Source: Octopus bimaculoides (taxonomy: Eukaryota). From it: a stretch of DNA of 64,000 bases. The stretch is taken from assembly GCF_001194135.2 (NCBI RefSeq), contig NC_068992.1:11196967-11260966 (forward strand), in the 5' to 3' direction. Position numbers and translations under genes: made by a program. Below the pieces are notes generated by a model. It did not search any database and was not told the origin of the DNA. It saw nothing but the letters and a program-made list of their open reading frames with translations. Shown here piece after piece: positions 1 through 12,184 of the stretch. The stretch's first letter is position 1. Every line of letters begins with the position of its first letter.

Positions 1-611
1 CAATGCAGACAAGTGAATAGATGAGATGAATATAAGGAGATTGGTATGGAAAAGGTGGGTTAAACCAGAAAATGAAAAGAGAGAGAGAAAGACAGAGACA
101 GAAGGATTTTAAGACAGGGCAATTAAGAAAAAGCAAAAGAGGAAGAAGAAGAAGAATGAGAAGAGGGAACAGGATAAGAAGAAAGGAAGAGCACAAAGAA
201 AAATAATGCAAGGAAAAAATGGGAAAACACACACATGTAAGGACTGGTGACTGGAAAGGCTTTTGAGTACAAAGTTCTGTGTCATGTAACTCCCCAATGA
301 AATCTAAGGTGGCATAGAAAATGAGAGTCAAACAAACAAATGGATGAATGAATGAGTTGAAGAAATGTAAATGGGACAAATGGTGCAAGAAAGTTGTAAA
401 AGATAAAAGTCTCTAAAAGAACAAGGGTTGTGTTTGCTGATGGCTGAAGAAATATGGATGCAATGTTTAAAAATAAAAATAGAATAACTTTGACACAAGT
501 GTAGTGATTACTTGTTATCTATAATGAGATGGAGTATGTTGTTTATCATCTTGAAAGATAGCTATATGGAGGTAGTGTTATGAGGTCCCAACAGACCTAC
601 AAAAGCAGACA

Positions 612-665
612 TACAAGGGGGTGCTGAAAAGTTCCTGGTTTAAGGGTATCATGAAAGGCCTGATT
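612..665 (+). mobile_element. Terminal fragment of a mariner-type non-autonomous element
   Basis: Starts TA-CAAGGGGGTGCTGAAAAGTTCCTGG, resembling mariner-type termini (TA + YGAGGG..GAAAAGT). No matching right end in the window. Confidence 0.5.
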
Positions 666-1184
666 GGTGGCCAGATGTTAGAAGTGATTTGGCTGCAGAA
701 ATTGTCTGACAACTATGATTGGTTTCTCCTGCTTGTGTTGTATGGTGCAGAGTCCTGTAACCAGACACAGGGTCTTCCAACAGCCACCCTCTTTACTCAG
801 GGCAACATTACCCCCTCCAGGCACTTCGTGTAAGCCTTGTGTTGAGTATGAGGTCATGTGGGAAGATGAGCGGAGGCATAACGTCACCTTCACTAGTGAT
901 CACTCCAAACACCATGATACTGACTGGATGTTTGACATTTATCACTCTCGGCACATGTCCTCTGAAATATTCATATTGGAGCTTCTGCTGTGATTGTCAA
1001 GTAGTACAGAATGTCGTTTCCAAATTTCTGGCTGAGTGAATCGTGTCATGGTGCTGTTTTTCTCACAGACGGTGCCCAACCGACCCTACGACACTGTGTA
1101 GTCGACAAAATCAAAAGCAAGAAATGAGCGTGTGTGAAATTGAAAATATAAAATGGCAACAATTTTCCCATTGCACCCTGCATA
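666..1184 (-). mobile_element. Internally deleted Tc1/mariner-superfamily (maT/DD37D-like) transposon remnant
   Basis: Minus strand translates to KHPVSIMVFGVITSEGDVMPPLIFPHDLILNT / AYTKCLEGVMLP*VKRVAVGRPCVWLQDSAPYNTSRRNQS*LSDNFCSQITSNIWPP (QDSAP and WPP motifs, spacing compatible with DD37D). N-terminal MTRFTQPEIWKRH starts at 1049. TA-flanked end TATGCAGGGTGCA at 1184. Stops and a frameshift present. Confidence 0.85.
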
Positions 1185-1877
1185 TACATGTGTATATACA
1201 TGTATATGTATGAATGAATGTATGTATGCATAAATATATGTATGTATAGGGAAGCAGATAGATTTTGCAAGAATGTATTAAGTGGGGTTATATAATTAGA
1301 AGCTCTTGTTATCATCGAGCATCTAGATTAAATGTAAGAATGTTTTTGTGTGTATGTGCATGAGTATGTGTGCACCTATGCATATGTATGTACCTCTGCT
1401 CACATTTTTGTATCTAAAACAAACAAATTATAATCTATAATAATAATTCAATTTGTAGCTGATGTTATTTTCTTGGAGAATGTAAGCAATAATTTACACT
1501 ACTTACATTTTCTCATATAGGCACTATTTAATTTCTTTGACTTTTCTTCTAAAATATGTCATCGTAAAACACATTCCAAATTCTTATACTTGCCTTATTT
1601 ATCATCTCCAATTTTAGAACTGACAAATCTACTGTAGCCTCTGTTTTTATTAACACGAACATTTTCTCATTTTCATATCATTACATTGATTATTTTTAGA
1701 TTTATATTTTCTAATGTTATCAACATTATATTAATATTTTGTATCAAATAATGATGCATTTCCAATTTGTTGTTCATTGTTGAACAAGGAAGAAGAAATG
1801 GTTGAATGCTGGATGCTGTTGTAGAGTACTAGCTGGAAGACCAGAATATTCAATAAAATGCTAAATAAAATATTCAA

Positions 1878-2130
1878 AGTGCTCCTTTCCGTGGCCTAGT
1901 GGTTTGGGTGTTGCACTCATGATTGAAAAATCATGGTTTCAGTTCCCAGATGAGGCAGTGAGCTGTGTTCTTGATCAAAGCACTTCATTTCACATTGCTC
2001 CAGTTCACTCAACTGCTAAGAAATGAGTAACCCTGCAATGGACGGGTGTCCGATTCAGGGGGCATGTTGTGACCCAAGTCTCTCGTATGCCAGAGATATG
2101 GGATCCCCTACCCTCAGACCGTACTTACTT
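1878..2130 (+). mobile_element. tRNA-derived SINE (family G), degenerate
   Basis: A-box-like TGGCCTAGTGG (1892-1902) and B-box-like GGTTTCAGTTCCC (1935-1947), followed by a SINE-core-like body (gctccagttcactcaactg...gcaatggacgggtgtcc). Confidence 0.6.
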
Positions 2131-2269
2131 TACATTGTGTGTGGATCCTGCTGACCTTGCCTTTTCTTTTTTTACCTCCCTCATTGTACTAGATTCAGTT
2201 CAATACCTCTTCACCACAAATTTGTGGTTATTGTAGCCAATGATCCCTAATGTTTTATAAAACATTATT

Positions 2270-2470
2270 ACACTGGTCACAATTGTGGTTGCCATTGTAA
2301 CAGCTGTTTAGCTTTGGTGAGCCCTGACTGAGCAGAACTAAGATAAAAGTATTCCAGCGGATAACATCCTGTTTTGTTTTTTTTTCATTTAGATCAAATA
2401 AAGGGTACTATTCAGGTGAGTTTTAACTGTAGCTTGTATCGGACTGAAGGCCACATAGTGACTAATTTGT
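2270..2470 (-). repeat. Family E interspersed repeat (CAA-tailed), degenerate
   Basis: Reverse-complement similarity to 8845-9052 and 54230-54365. Confidence 0.4.
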
Positions 2471-3400
2471 TATAGTCGTTGTTTTATGGTGGTGGTGATG
2501 AAGAAGATGGTGGTGTTGATAGTGGTTGTGTTGGTGAGAATTTTGATAATGGTAATGCTGTTTTTGTTATGGTTGCAATTATTGGTATGAATGATCTACT
2601 GTTTTCTGGTTCTGTTTCTGTTTCTTTTATTTTCCTTCAGCTAAAAAAAGCAACACACACACACACATGCGCACAAACACACACACACACACACATGCAC
2701 ACACACAAACACATACACAAACACAGCAAGGTCTATCAGTATGTCAGTATAGCATTATTTTTGTTTTGATATCTCTACGTGAACACATACACACATGTAA
2801 ATGAATTCACCCATCAATCACTTCCTCATTGAAAATACTTACTATTCATTAAATAATAATTCTTATTAAGCATTATACATTTATTATTTAATGGACACAT
2901 TTTCAATTTTTATTAGCAAATTGTATTCATTGTAAAATTCCAGTTTTCTTTCCACTAAAATGCATCCATTCATATATTTCAGGAATGTCAAATAATGTAG
3001 CCTTTTGTATACCACAAATACCCATGAAAATTTAAAAAAAAAAAAAAAAATTATACTCCCTACCGCTAAACAAAAATTATAATGGATCTTGATGCTAGAT
3101 TTTAGTTTCTATTTATTTCTTTTGTTTTTGTATGTGTTTTCCTTCACTGATTTTCCTAGAGAATAAAAATTAGCTTAAACCATAAAAAAAAAAATAATAA
3201 TAATAATAGCAATACTTGTATGCTTGCAAAAATACCATAAAATTATAATTTAAATTCTAAAATATTTGGAAAGAGCAGTGTGGGGTGAATTTAGACATTT
3301 TGTATATTTGTAATTTAAGTCTTAGAAACATGTCGTAACAAGACCGATTTTGTTTTCTTTTTACTTCAATATTACTCAACATCTTCCGGATTTATAAACT

Positions 3401-3401
<1 letters not shown>

Positions 3402-3464
<63 letters not shown>

Positions 3465-3480
3465 TGATAACGATAATAAT
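3402..3480. repeat. (AAT)n microsatellite
   Basis: Directly visible. Confidence 0.95.
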
Positions 3481-3889
3481 CAGAAGAAGAAGAAAAAAAT
3501 AGACATTTACTAAGCTATTACAATACTAAATGGAAAGCATTGTTCTTATTATTTATTATGATTCCATACCATTTTGCTTAAATTACATACATATACACAT
3601 ATAACGATACTCACACATGTTTTTACATATATATATACATATAAACACACATACATGCATATATACATACATAGAAATACACACATATTCATAAACACTC
3701 ACACATGCACAGGTGTGTGTGTGTATGTGTGTGTGAGTGTGTGTGTGTTTGACATGTAATCTAGGAAAGAACAATTTTCCTTTCTAATTTCTTCATTACA
3801 ATGTAGCCATCATAGACCGGAAACTGTTTAAAATGACTGCCCAAATACAATACAAAACATTATCTTCTAAACAACAATAGGGATCTTAA

Positions 3890-4150
3890 TAACCATGATA
3901 GTGATCTTTTATCTTGGCACAAAGTCAGCATTATGTGGTTGCTAAAGAGGAGAATCACCTGCACAGACCTACATTATTATGGTAAGGGGATTATTTTATC
4001 GATTTTGGAGAGCTGAAAGGTGAAATCTGCTCAAGCTGGGTTTGAACATGCAACAAACAAGATGAGGACAAAACTAAATACTAAAAGGACTGAAAAAAAT
4101 ACCTTGTAATATCTAATTGATAAGCTTTATGTTCAGAGTGCAGATCCAAC
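3890..4150 (-). mobile_element. Family B SINE, highly degenerate
   Basis: ggcacaaag...gctgaaaggtgaaatctgctcaagctgggtttgaac resembles the reverse complement of family B. Confidence 0.4.
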
Positions 4151-4462
4151 TGCAGTTAATAAAATAAAGCACTAAAGAAGTGCTAGGGGACCATTAACGG
4201 TGACTCCTGTCTTCCTCATGGGCATCAGTAATGTAAGAGGCAGGCTACTATAATTTTATAAAGGGTGTACCATTGCTGTTTCAATCTGTGCTCTTATGTT
4301 GAATTTAGTTGAAAACTCTTTAGGCAGGTACTAAATGACTTTGAAATGAAATAAATCCTTGGGAATGTAAACCTGCAACTTGTTTCCAATTCGTGGATGT
4401 TAATTCTCAGTTCATTTATATCACTAATAAACTTATGTGCTGCCTGACATTACTTCTCTTAC

Positions 4463-4683
4463 CTATGATAAACATTGGTTGGTACCATTGCTGTGTTAGA
4501 AATCAATACTAAGTAGCTACTGTAATAGAGTTCCTTCCAATTTCACTTAATTTATTTACCAGAGTCTTTGCAATGTTGCATTTGAGCTGAATTTTTAAGT
4601 TGTTTCACATTAGAGAGAACTTACCATTTACACAGTTTAATGCACTTTCCTGCATATGATATTGTGTTATCAATGTTTGTATA
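4463..4683 (-). CDS. Candidate exon pair (4683-4625 and 4490-4463) of an unidentified gene
   Basis: Acceptors ttttatttgttcag and tttctaacacag, donors GTAAGT and GTAAGA, 134-nt intron. Two phase-compatible readings. No recognisable homology. Confidence 0.2.
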
Positions 4684-5369
4684 CTGAACAAATAAAACTT
4701 TCACTTATTATCGCCTAAGAAGGAGTAACAATTGGCCTATGTTCCACTTATTCAATATTGGTGGAAATTTGAATTGCTTTGCGATAAAATGAAAAATCAG
4801 GACTAAAATGTAAATAAATATCTTAAATTTCAATGGGTACAATGAGAAAGTTCTTTCTTCAGATTAAACTACATTCAATCAACTGCTCAAGGTATTGTAC
4901 CGTCTTTTATCTTTAATCTACAATTCTTTCTCTTTCTCTCTCAATATATGTAATTTCATTTTCCTGCATTTCCTCAGGTAAATAGCCGTACTTATAGTGA
5001 TAAGATACTTTAGAAAAATGATTGTTTCTGTAAAACCATACAGGGCTATGCTTTTGCATTATATTTCAAGGCAGAAATATGGAAATTTATTAATAAACTA
5101 CCACATGAATTTTCAGAGATAATCAGCAAGTATTATCGAATTTTATGTGCATGAATATCTTTTTCTTTTTTAATAGAAATTATGTAAATAAAATATATAT
5201 TAATGTTTGAAGGGTTTTAATACAGAATTTTTCAGGAAAGAATATATTGCTTATTTCAAGCCTAATTTAAAAAAGAAAGTTTTCAGTTGTGATTAAAGCA
5301 TGAATAATTTAGAAAATATTTGTGGTACAAGAGAATTACACACATGTAAATTTTGCATTTTCAATATAT

Positions 5370-5381
5370 ATATATGTGTGC

Positions 5382-5434
<53 letters not shown>

Positions 5435-5440
5435 CGTGTA
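5370..5440. repeat. (TG)n microsatellite
   Basis: Directly visible. Confidence 0.95.
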
Positions 5441-5980
5441 CACATAGGCAATTTGACTTTTTTTACTTTTTACATCACATATATTAGTTATCTGTTCCTT
5501 TTCTTTTTTAAATAAATAAGAGATACATAAAAAAAAAGAAAAAGGAAAATACACAGCTTTGTATTTTGCTTATATTGTAAAAGTCTTCTTGATAGAAACA
5601 AAATAAATAAATTTCAAATATGTACTAAAACTCAATATTTTGCAGACACAAAAATGTTAGTATTCAATATCTGACAGAGAGGAGAGATAATGAAGAAGAA
5701 TTATTCTGGTTATCTGAAAGTCACTTCCGAAAATATTCATGCAATAAAAACAGAGAGATTTGCAACTAATTTTACAGAGTATATTGTGTGCATAGTAGAA
5801 GAATCCTTAAAAGTTATTTAAGATACATTCTGTAACACAATGCTAACATGAGCATTTAACTAAAGTAATATAATGGATTTATCGTTAGAGTGCTGTATTG
5901 GAATGAGATGTGAATCTGTGTGCATGTGCATATACATATATGTGAGTGAATGTGTGTGTGTGTTGATATATATGTATATA

Positions 5981-6014
<34 letters not shown>

Positions 6015-6381
6015 NNNNNNNNNNNNNNNNNNNNNNNNNNNNNNNNNNNNNNNNNNNNNNNNNNNNNNNNNNNNNNNNNNNNNNNNNNNNNNNNNNNNNN
6101 NNNNNNNNNNNNNNNNNNNNNNNNNNNNNNNNNNNNNNNNNNNNNNNNNNNNNNNNNNNNNNNNNNNNNNNNNNNNNNNNNNNNNNNNNNNNNNNNNNNN
6201 NNNNNNNNNNNNNNNNNNNNNNNNNNNNNNNNNNNNNNNNNNNNNNNNNNNNNNNNNNNNNNNNNNNNNNNNNNNNNNNNNNNNNNNNNNNNNNNNNNNN
6301 NNNNNNNNNNNNNNNNNNNNNNNNNNNNNNNNNNNNNNNNNNNNNNNNNNNNNNNNNNNNNNNNNNNNNNNNNNNNNNNNN
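6015..6381. other. Assembly gap within (TA)n. Other gaps: 14310-14319, 25111-25330, 28733-28943, 32470-32605, 40415-40590, 46718-47327, 48820-49374, 50564-50581, 61705-62207
   Basis: N runs, mostly flanked by microsatellites. Confidence 0.99.
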
Positions 6382-6395
6382 ATATATATATATAT

Positions 6396-6756
6396 GTGGA
6401 GGTGCAATGGTCCACTGGTTAGGGCAGTGGACTTGCGGTCATAGGATCGTGGTTTCGATTCCCAGACCGGACGTTGTGTGTGTTTATTGAGCGAAAACAC
6501 TTAAAAGCTTCACGAGGCTCCGGCAGGGGATAGTGGCGAACCTGCTGTACTCTTCCACCACAACTTTCTCTCACTCTTACTTCCTGTTTCTGTTGTGCCT
6601 GTAATTCAAAGGGCCAGCCTTGTCACACTGTGTCACGCTGAATATCACCGAGAACTACGTTAAGGGTACACGTGTCTGAGGAGTGCTCAGCCACTTGCAC
6701 GTTAATTTCACGAGCAGGCTGTTCTGCTGTTCGATCAACTGGAACCCTTGACGTTG
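6396..6756 (+). mobile_element. tRNA-derived SINE (family D), near full length
   Basis: tRNA-like head GGAGGTGCAATGGTCCACTGGTTAGGGCAGTGGACTTGCGGTCATAGGATCGTGGTTTCGATTCCCAGACC with A- and B-box-like motifs, then about 290 bp of non-tRNA body. Sits within TA repeats. Confidence 0.75.
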
Positions 6757-7526
6757 TATATAGATATATACAACAAAGAGCTTACCACTTTTTTAATTAA
6801 AATATACTAATTGATAGTTTTATGATAGATTCTATCTTTGGTAAATTACTCTGTTTATATTTTGTTCATGATTAGTTTTTTCATGTATACTGCTAAGTCT
6901 TTAATTCTCAAAGTGAGTGAAGATTAGTCTTAATAATAAGTAAACTACTATTTATCATTTACCCAATAAATAGAAAGTAGATAGTTTAATTAATAATTGA
7001 TTTTTATGAGAAGAATGCTATAAATAGAATGTATTCATTTATCAACAATTATATGTTGTTACCGTAGCCTTTAATTAGAACTACATATAAGAATTTAGAA
7101 TATTAGTCATTAATAAAAGACTAGTATTAACTAAAAATCTCATTTATAATGACATTTACTTACAATAGAATATAATTAATACCATGTCAACACTCACTAG
7201 TACAACAAAATCATATTAGTAGATTGTGTATGAAATATATTATGATGTAGAAATTAATTTAATCAGCACCTATAAGTAATTAAAAGATATCAATTAACAA
7301 TTTATGGTACATGTGAATTTTTAAGTACCAATAAGGGGATTCATGAAAGCTCAAAATACTATCCCCAAGGAGAAATTTTGCTTTGAAATATATATATACA
7401 TATGTGTGTATGTGTGTCTGTGTGTATGCGTGTGTGTGTACATATACACATATATATATAATATATTACATATGTATGTATGTATGCATGTAAGTATATA
7501 TATATATAGATATTATATATATAGAC

Positions 7527-7565
<39 letters not shown>

Positions 7566-7566
7566 T

Positions 7567-8740
7567 CATAAAAGTTACAGAGATAGTTGTAGCTCAATTG
7601 ATTAGAAATAGAATTAAACTAGATGAGTTGTAATTTGGTCTTGTACCTGGGAAGAGTACCACAGATGCCATCTTCATAATGTGACAGCTACAGAAAAAGT
7701 ATTTAGCCAAAAGTTAGCCATTGTACATGGCTTTCATTGAACTGGAGAAAGCTTTTGACAGATTCTTTCACTCTGTTATCTGGTGGCCCTAAGGAAGTTA
7801 GGAGCAGATGAGTGACTTGCTAGAGCTGTACAAGTCATGTGCAGTGGTGCTGTTGGTAGAGTGAGAGTTGGCCATGAGTACAGTGATGAATCTAGTGTAC
7901 AAGTAGGGCTCAGTTCTTAGTCCACTCTTAGTCATCATAGTCCTCCAGGCCATAACAGAGGAATTTAAAACTAGTTGCCTGAAAGAAATGCTATATGCTG
8001 ATGACCTCACTCTTATAACAGAATCTGTAGCAGAACTGGAGAAGAAATTCCAGGTATAGAAGCAAAACCTGGAATCAAAGGGCCTTAAAGATAATATAGC
8101 AAAAACCAAAGACGTTGTTAGCAAGAAAGGAGACAAGACTTTCTTTCTGTCTCGTCTCAATATGAAGGAAAGGTGTTGAAAGAAATTCTATTTGTTGCAC
8201 TCAGTGCAAGCTATGGACACATCAGAGATGCAATAGAATCACAGGTAGGTTAACAGATAAAGGTTGTCTTCATATATGGCAGATGCGCAGGAACAATAAA
8301 CACTAAGAATACATGGGAATCAGACCCTCTCAAATACCCCAAATACTCTTTTGAAGTTGTTGACAGCTTCTGTTACTCAGGTGACCAGATTGGCAGTGGT
8401 GTAGAATGTTCAGAAAGTATTTTTGCTAGAATTAGAATAAGATGGAGGAAATTCAGAATGCTATTACCTCTGTTGGCAACAAAAAGACTCTCAGAGTGAA
8501 AGGTAGATTATATGATGCTTGTGTTTCAATAGCTATACTCCATGGTAGTGAGACATGAGCTCTGAATGCAGAAGACATTAATAGATCAAAGAGGAATGAA
8601 GCTAGTATGTTCCAATAGATAGGCAACATCAGGGTGCATGTACAACAAGGTGCAAATGCGTTGAGAGAAAAGTTAGGCATAAGAGGAATCAGATGTTGCC
8701 TACGTTCGTTTGGACATGTGATGCATATGAATGAAGACAA
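7567..8740 (+). pseudogene. RTE-clade LINE reverse transcriptase remnant (5' and 3' truncated)
   Basis: IIKVTEIVVAQLIRNRIKLDEL*FGLVPGKSTTDAIFIM*QLQKKYLAKS*PLYMAFIELEKAFDR...SVLSPLLVIIVLQAITEEFKTSCLKEMLYADDLTLITES (YADD at 7994-8005)...FEVVDSFCYSGDQIG...RIRIRWRKFRMLLPLL...KGRLYDACVSIAILHGSET*...FGHVMHMNED. Many stops and frameshifts. Confidence 0.92.
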
Positions 8741-8844
8741 ATAGAACTGCAGTCATTTAGTATGGCGATACTATGACTTACTTTACCATTTTAAACAGAA
8801 ATAAGTCATAGGCTGATTCTCAACATTTCCTACAAAAGGCACTC

Positions 8845-9052
8845 CACCGAACAAAGTACTTCTATATGGTCACCCTAATTGCTAGAAATAGCAACAAAAT
8901 TCCTCTTAACTAATACCATTTTTTTTTAAAGAAAGGAAGAGTAGATTAGATATAAATCCTTACTGTACATATAGATAAAGTGGTCATGGCTAGAATACCA
9001 TTGAACATAGGTTCTGTCATTTGGGTCTGACCTGGGACTAAACAACAACATG
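8845..9052 (+). repeat. Family E interspersed repeat ending in (CAA)n
   Basis: gctagaaatagcaacaaa...ggtcatggctagaataccattgaacatagg...ctgacctgggactaaacaacaac. Related copies at 2270, 9735, 54230, 60636. Confidence 0.55.
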
Positions 9053-9734
9053 ACAGTAACATAATATATCTGATCAATGCTGTCTTGAAACATCTGATCA
9101 ATGATTAATGCTGTCTTCCAGCATTAACCTGTTACTTTACAATGGCTCAAATCCATCAACTTAAAAGTGTGTTTATAAAATTACAACAAAAATCATGAAA
9201 AAAAAAAAATGAAAATGATGAAGAAAGAAAACAAGAAAGCAAGATTCCACCACCAAAAAAACGAAAAACAAGGGAATCACCATTATTCTTTCCATAGCAT
9301 CATCATAACTCTTGTCTTGGATGATAGATAATGCTTTCTCATTCTTATCAAACGGAGAGGAAATAAAACTAAAAAGAGTTTAATAGATTAACCTCGTTAA
9401 TCTTTGTACCTAATAAATAAATGGTGCAGGAGGTTATCTTACCAAATGTTTAATTCACAGACTTTCGAAGTTTGGATTTTTCAAATAAAAAAAGTAAAAA
9501 AGCAAAAAAGGCAATTAAAAGACAGTAAAATTAAGCAAGATTTTCCTAATGATCAATATGTAACAATATATAACTTCACCCAGTTAGTGGTATGGTTTTT
9601 TTTTTTTTAGTTAGATGTTGGTTCTTTATTATTAAAAGATATTTAAAGAAAAAATATAGGTCACAGACACACACTCTCCCACACATACACACATAAAATT
9701 TGAACTTGGTTATCTTAATAATTCTTATTTGATT

Positions 9735-10040
9735 AATATTGTTATTGTTGATTAACCCTAGGTCAACAGCGATTGAATAAACTTGTGATCAAAAGCGTTT
9801 CAGTCATAACCATAACTAACTTATCTTTTATTTAGACTTAGCATACACAGGACTACAGTATCTAAACAGTATGGATGCAACCATGACTGGAGGGTTAGAA
9901 ATTTCACTCACAACTACAATGTCTCAGGTTTGATTCCACAGTGCAAGTGTCTTTATCACAGCCAGACTTGGTCCCAGATATTGTGAATGATATTGGTTTG
10001 ACAGAAACAGAGTAGAAATCCATTGGTTGGGTAATGTCTG
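9735..10040. repeat. Degenerate family E (minus, 9735-9870) followed by degenerate family A head (plus, 9875-10040)
   Basis: Patchy similarity to better-preserved copies elsewhere in the window. Confidence 0.4.
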
Positions 10041-10110
10041 CAATTCAAAGGTTTGGCCTTGTTATACTGTGCACCTCAGATACACATGTCCTTAGTGGAC
10101 ATGTCTTTAA

Positions 10111-10270
10111 TGGACTGGCTGTGTGGTAAGTAGCTTGCTTACCAACCACATGGTCTCGGGTTCAGTCCCACTGCGTGGCACTTTAGGCAAGTGTCTTCTA
10201 CTATAGCCTTGGGCTGACCAAAGCCTTGTGAGTGGATTTGGTAGATGGAAACTGAAAGAAGCCCATCGTA

Positions 10271-10335
<65 letters not shown>

Positions 10336-10380
10336 GTGTGTATATGTTTGTGTGTCTGTGTTTGTCCCCCCAACATCCAC
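10111..10380 (+). mobile_element. Family A tRNA-derived SINE (head + internal TA/TG microsatellite), 3' truncated
   Basis: TGGCTGTGTGG A-box, GGTTCAGTCCC B-box. Near-identical to 55669-55890. Confidence 0.9.
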
Positions 10381-10681
10381 TCCTGCACCTATGTTAAAAA
10401 GTTTTATATCCATAAAAAAAAACACCCCTTAACAAAAAGTACTTCCTTATAAACTTACAGTATCCCTAAAAGGGCAACTTCCAGTCTGGATAAAAACCAT
10501 TGCTGTCAACCATATAAGTATTTTAAAAATTATTTAAGTATCTAATCAAGCAATTTGCTGAAACATCCACACCCATATGAGCATATATTTGTAAAGTCTG
10601 CCAGAGGAGGAATTTCAACCATGTCTCGTGGTCTGCTACCACAACAGCTCCTTTATAGGATCCAGTTAGCTGAAGACATCA

Positions 10682-10809
10682 TCAGGAGGAACCACGTCCG
10701 GTTTCGGCCCCTACTCCTCTACCGTTTTGACGTGGCGGGGCCCCTCCTTTCGGAGGTGTCTTCAGCTCTGGTGTTGGGTGCATGTCTTCTTTCACTGTTT
10801 GTGACTGTT
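10682..10809 (-). CDS. Candidate terminal coding exon of an unidentified gene
   Basis: GC-rich non-repeat island. After gaattAG it reads (E)QSQTVKEDMHPTPELKTPPKGGAPPRQNGRGVGAETGRGSS followed by TGA TGA. Weak polypyrimidine tract; no recognised homology. Confidence 0.3.
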
Positions 10810-12184
10810 CTAATTCAATTGTTATTAATAACAAGAAATGATATAGAATCTTCAATGTAAAACGCTGAAGCAATTCTTCATAAATCTTCAACATAAATAT
10901 GTGAATTAACCAAATGAAGAAATGAAAGCAAAGCAACCAAAATTCCAACTCAAGAAAAATTTGAAACATTTGAAGATCAGTTTTGTGACAGAATTAATAG
11001 TTAGAGGAAATTACTACTAACTTTCAATAGGGGCTGGATATTTTTTTTATTTATTTATTCGTTTTTTAAAAATTTATTTTCTTTTTTATCTGACAATTAT
11101 CATTCAAAGTAATTAATGACATTTACTTTTAGAAGATTTTAAAATTTAAATTCATAGGAAGTCAGAATATTTCTGTCTCTACCACATGAAGAATGTTATG
11201 CCATAAGGAAAATGATTTCTTTACTGTTCATTACATTTACTACTAGCTGCCTATTCGTCTCTAGTACTACTATAGTTTCTAAATGAAATAATACAAAATA
11301 TGTCAGTTCTGCACTTGAAAGTTTGACAATTTCAACATTTCTATGATTATTATTGCACTTATTATTATTTTTGATTTTAAATGAGAATTAGTTGTTTATA
11401 ATTAATTTTTATTTCTTTTTTAATTTTTCATTTGAATTTGTAAAGTTATCAGAGTTTTATCAACTTGCAGGAGTGTTGATTGCAGACAAAAATATTCTAA
11501 TTAATTTGTAAATTAATTATAAAATAGAAATTCCTTTTCAAAGCAGTAATTAATTCTTACTTTCATAACTAAGTGTTGAGGAAAATTTCCTTAAAATGTT
11601 AAAAGAGATTGAGTTTTATATAATATCCAGATTTTAATAAAAGCTTTACATTTACAATAGAACATAACAGGCTAAGCAAGATCTGTGTTAGTGGAGGTAA
11701 TGTTTGTGTTAAGATTTCCTTTTACAGACTAGAGTATAAAATATACAACTCTGATACTCCTCTGAATATCATTAACATCATTTTCTTATTTGTATTTTAC
11801 CAAAATTCTCGAATCTTCTAAAATTTTTGAATCTAAGAAATATATATTTATGGGGACTTTAATTATCCATTCATTTATTTGTCATCTGTTTTTTTTTTGC
11901 ATACTAGCATCGGTAAGTCGGGAACTTATTTATAGTTGCATGATCTTCCTGTTTCCATCTTATCAGATTTTTCAAGAAACGGAGTTTGCTTTTTTTAATT
12001 CATTTTTATTTCTCTAATGTTTGAAAGAGTTGAGCAACCGATCATAATATCAGCAACGAATTACTAGCAATCGCAAGCAAGGCCATGAACAGTCAATATT
12101 CACACACTCTCTCTCTCTCTCTCTCACACACACAACACACACACACAACACACACATGCATTTGCAGAGATGCATGCATACACA

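Noticed and set aside
1507-1548. 42-nt minus-strand exon candidate (EEKSKKLNSAYMRK)
   Set aside because: Canonical boundaries, but not phase-compatible with the neighbouring 4.5-kb candidates and no homology.
6396-6470. tRNA gene (also the heads of families A, B and G)
   Set aside because: A/B boxes are present but there is no convincing cloverleaf with acceptor stem, and each continues into a repeat body; these are SINE heads.
11908-11912. 5-nt microexon (tttgcatactAG-CATCG-GTAAGT)
   Set aside because: Frame-shifting length and no supporting plus-strand gene; cannot be distinguished from chance.
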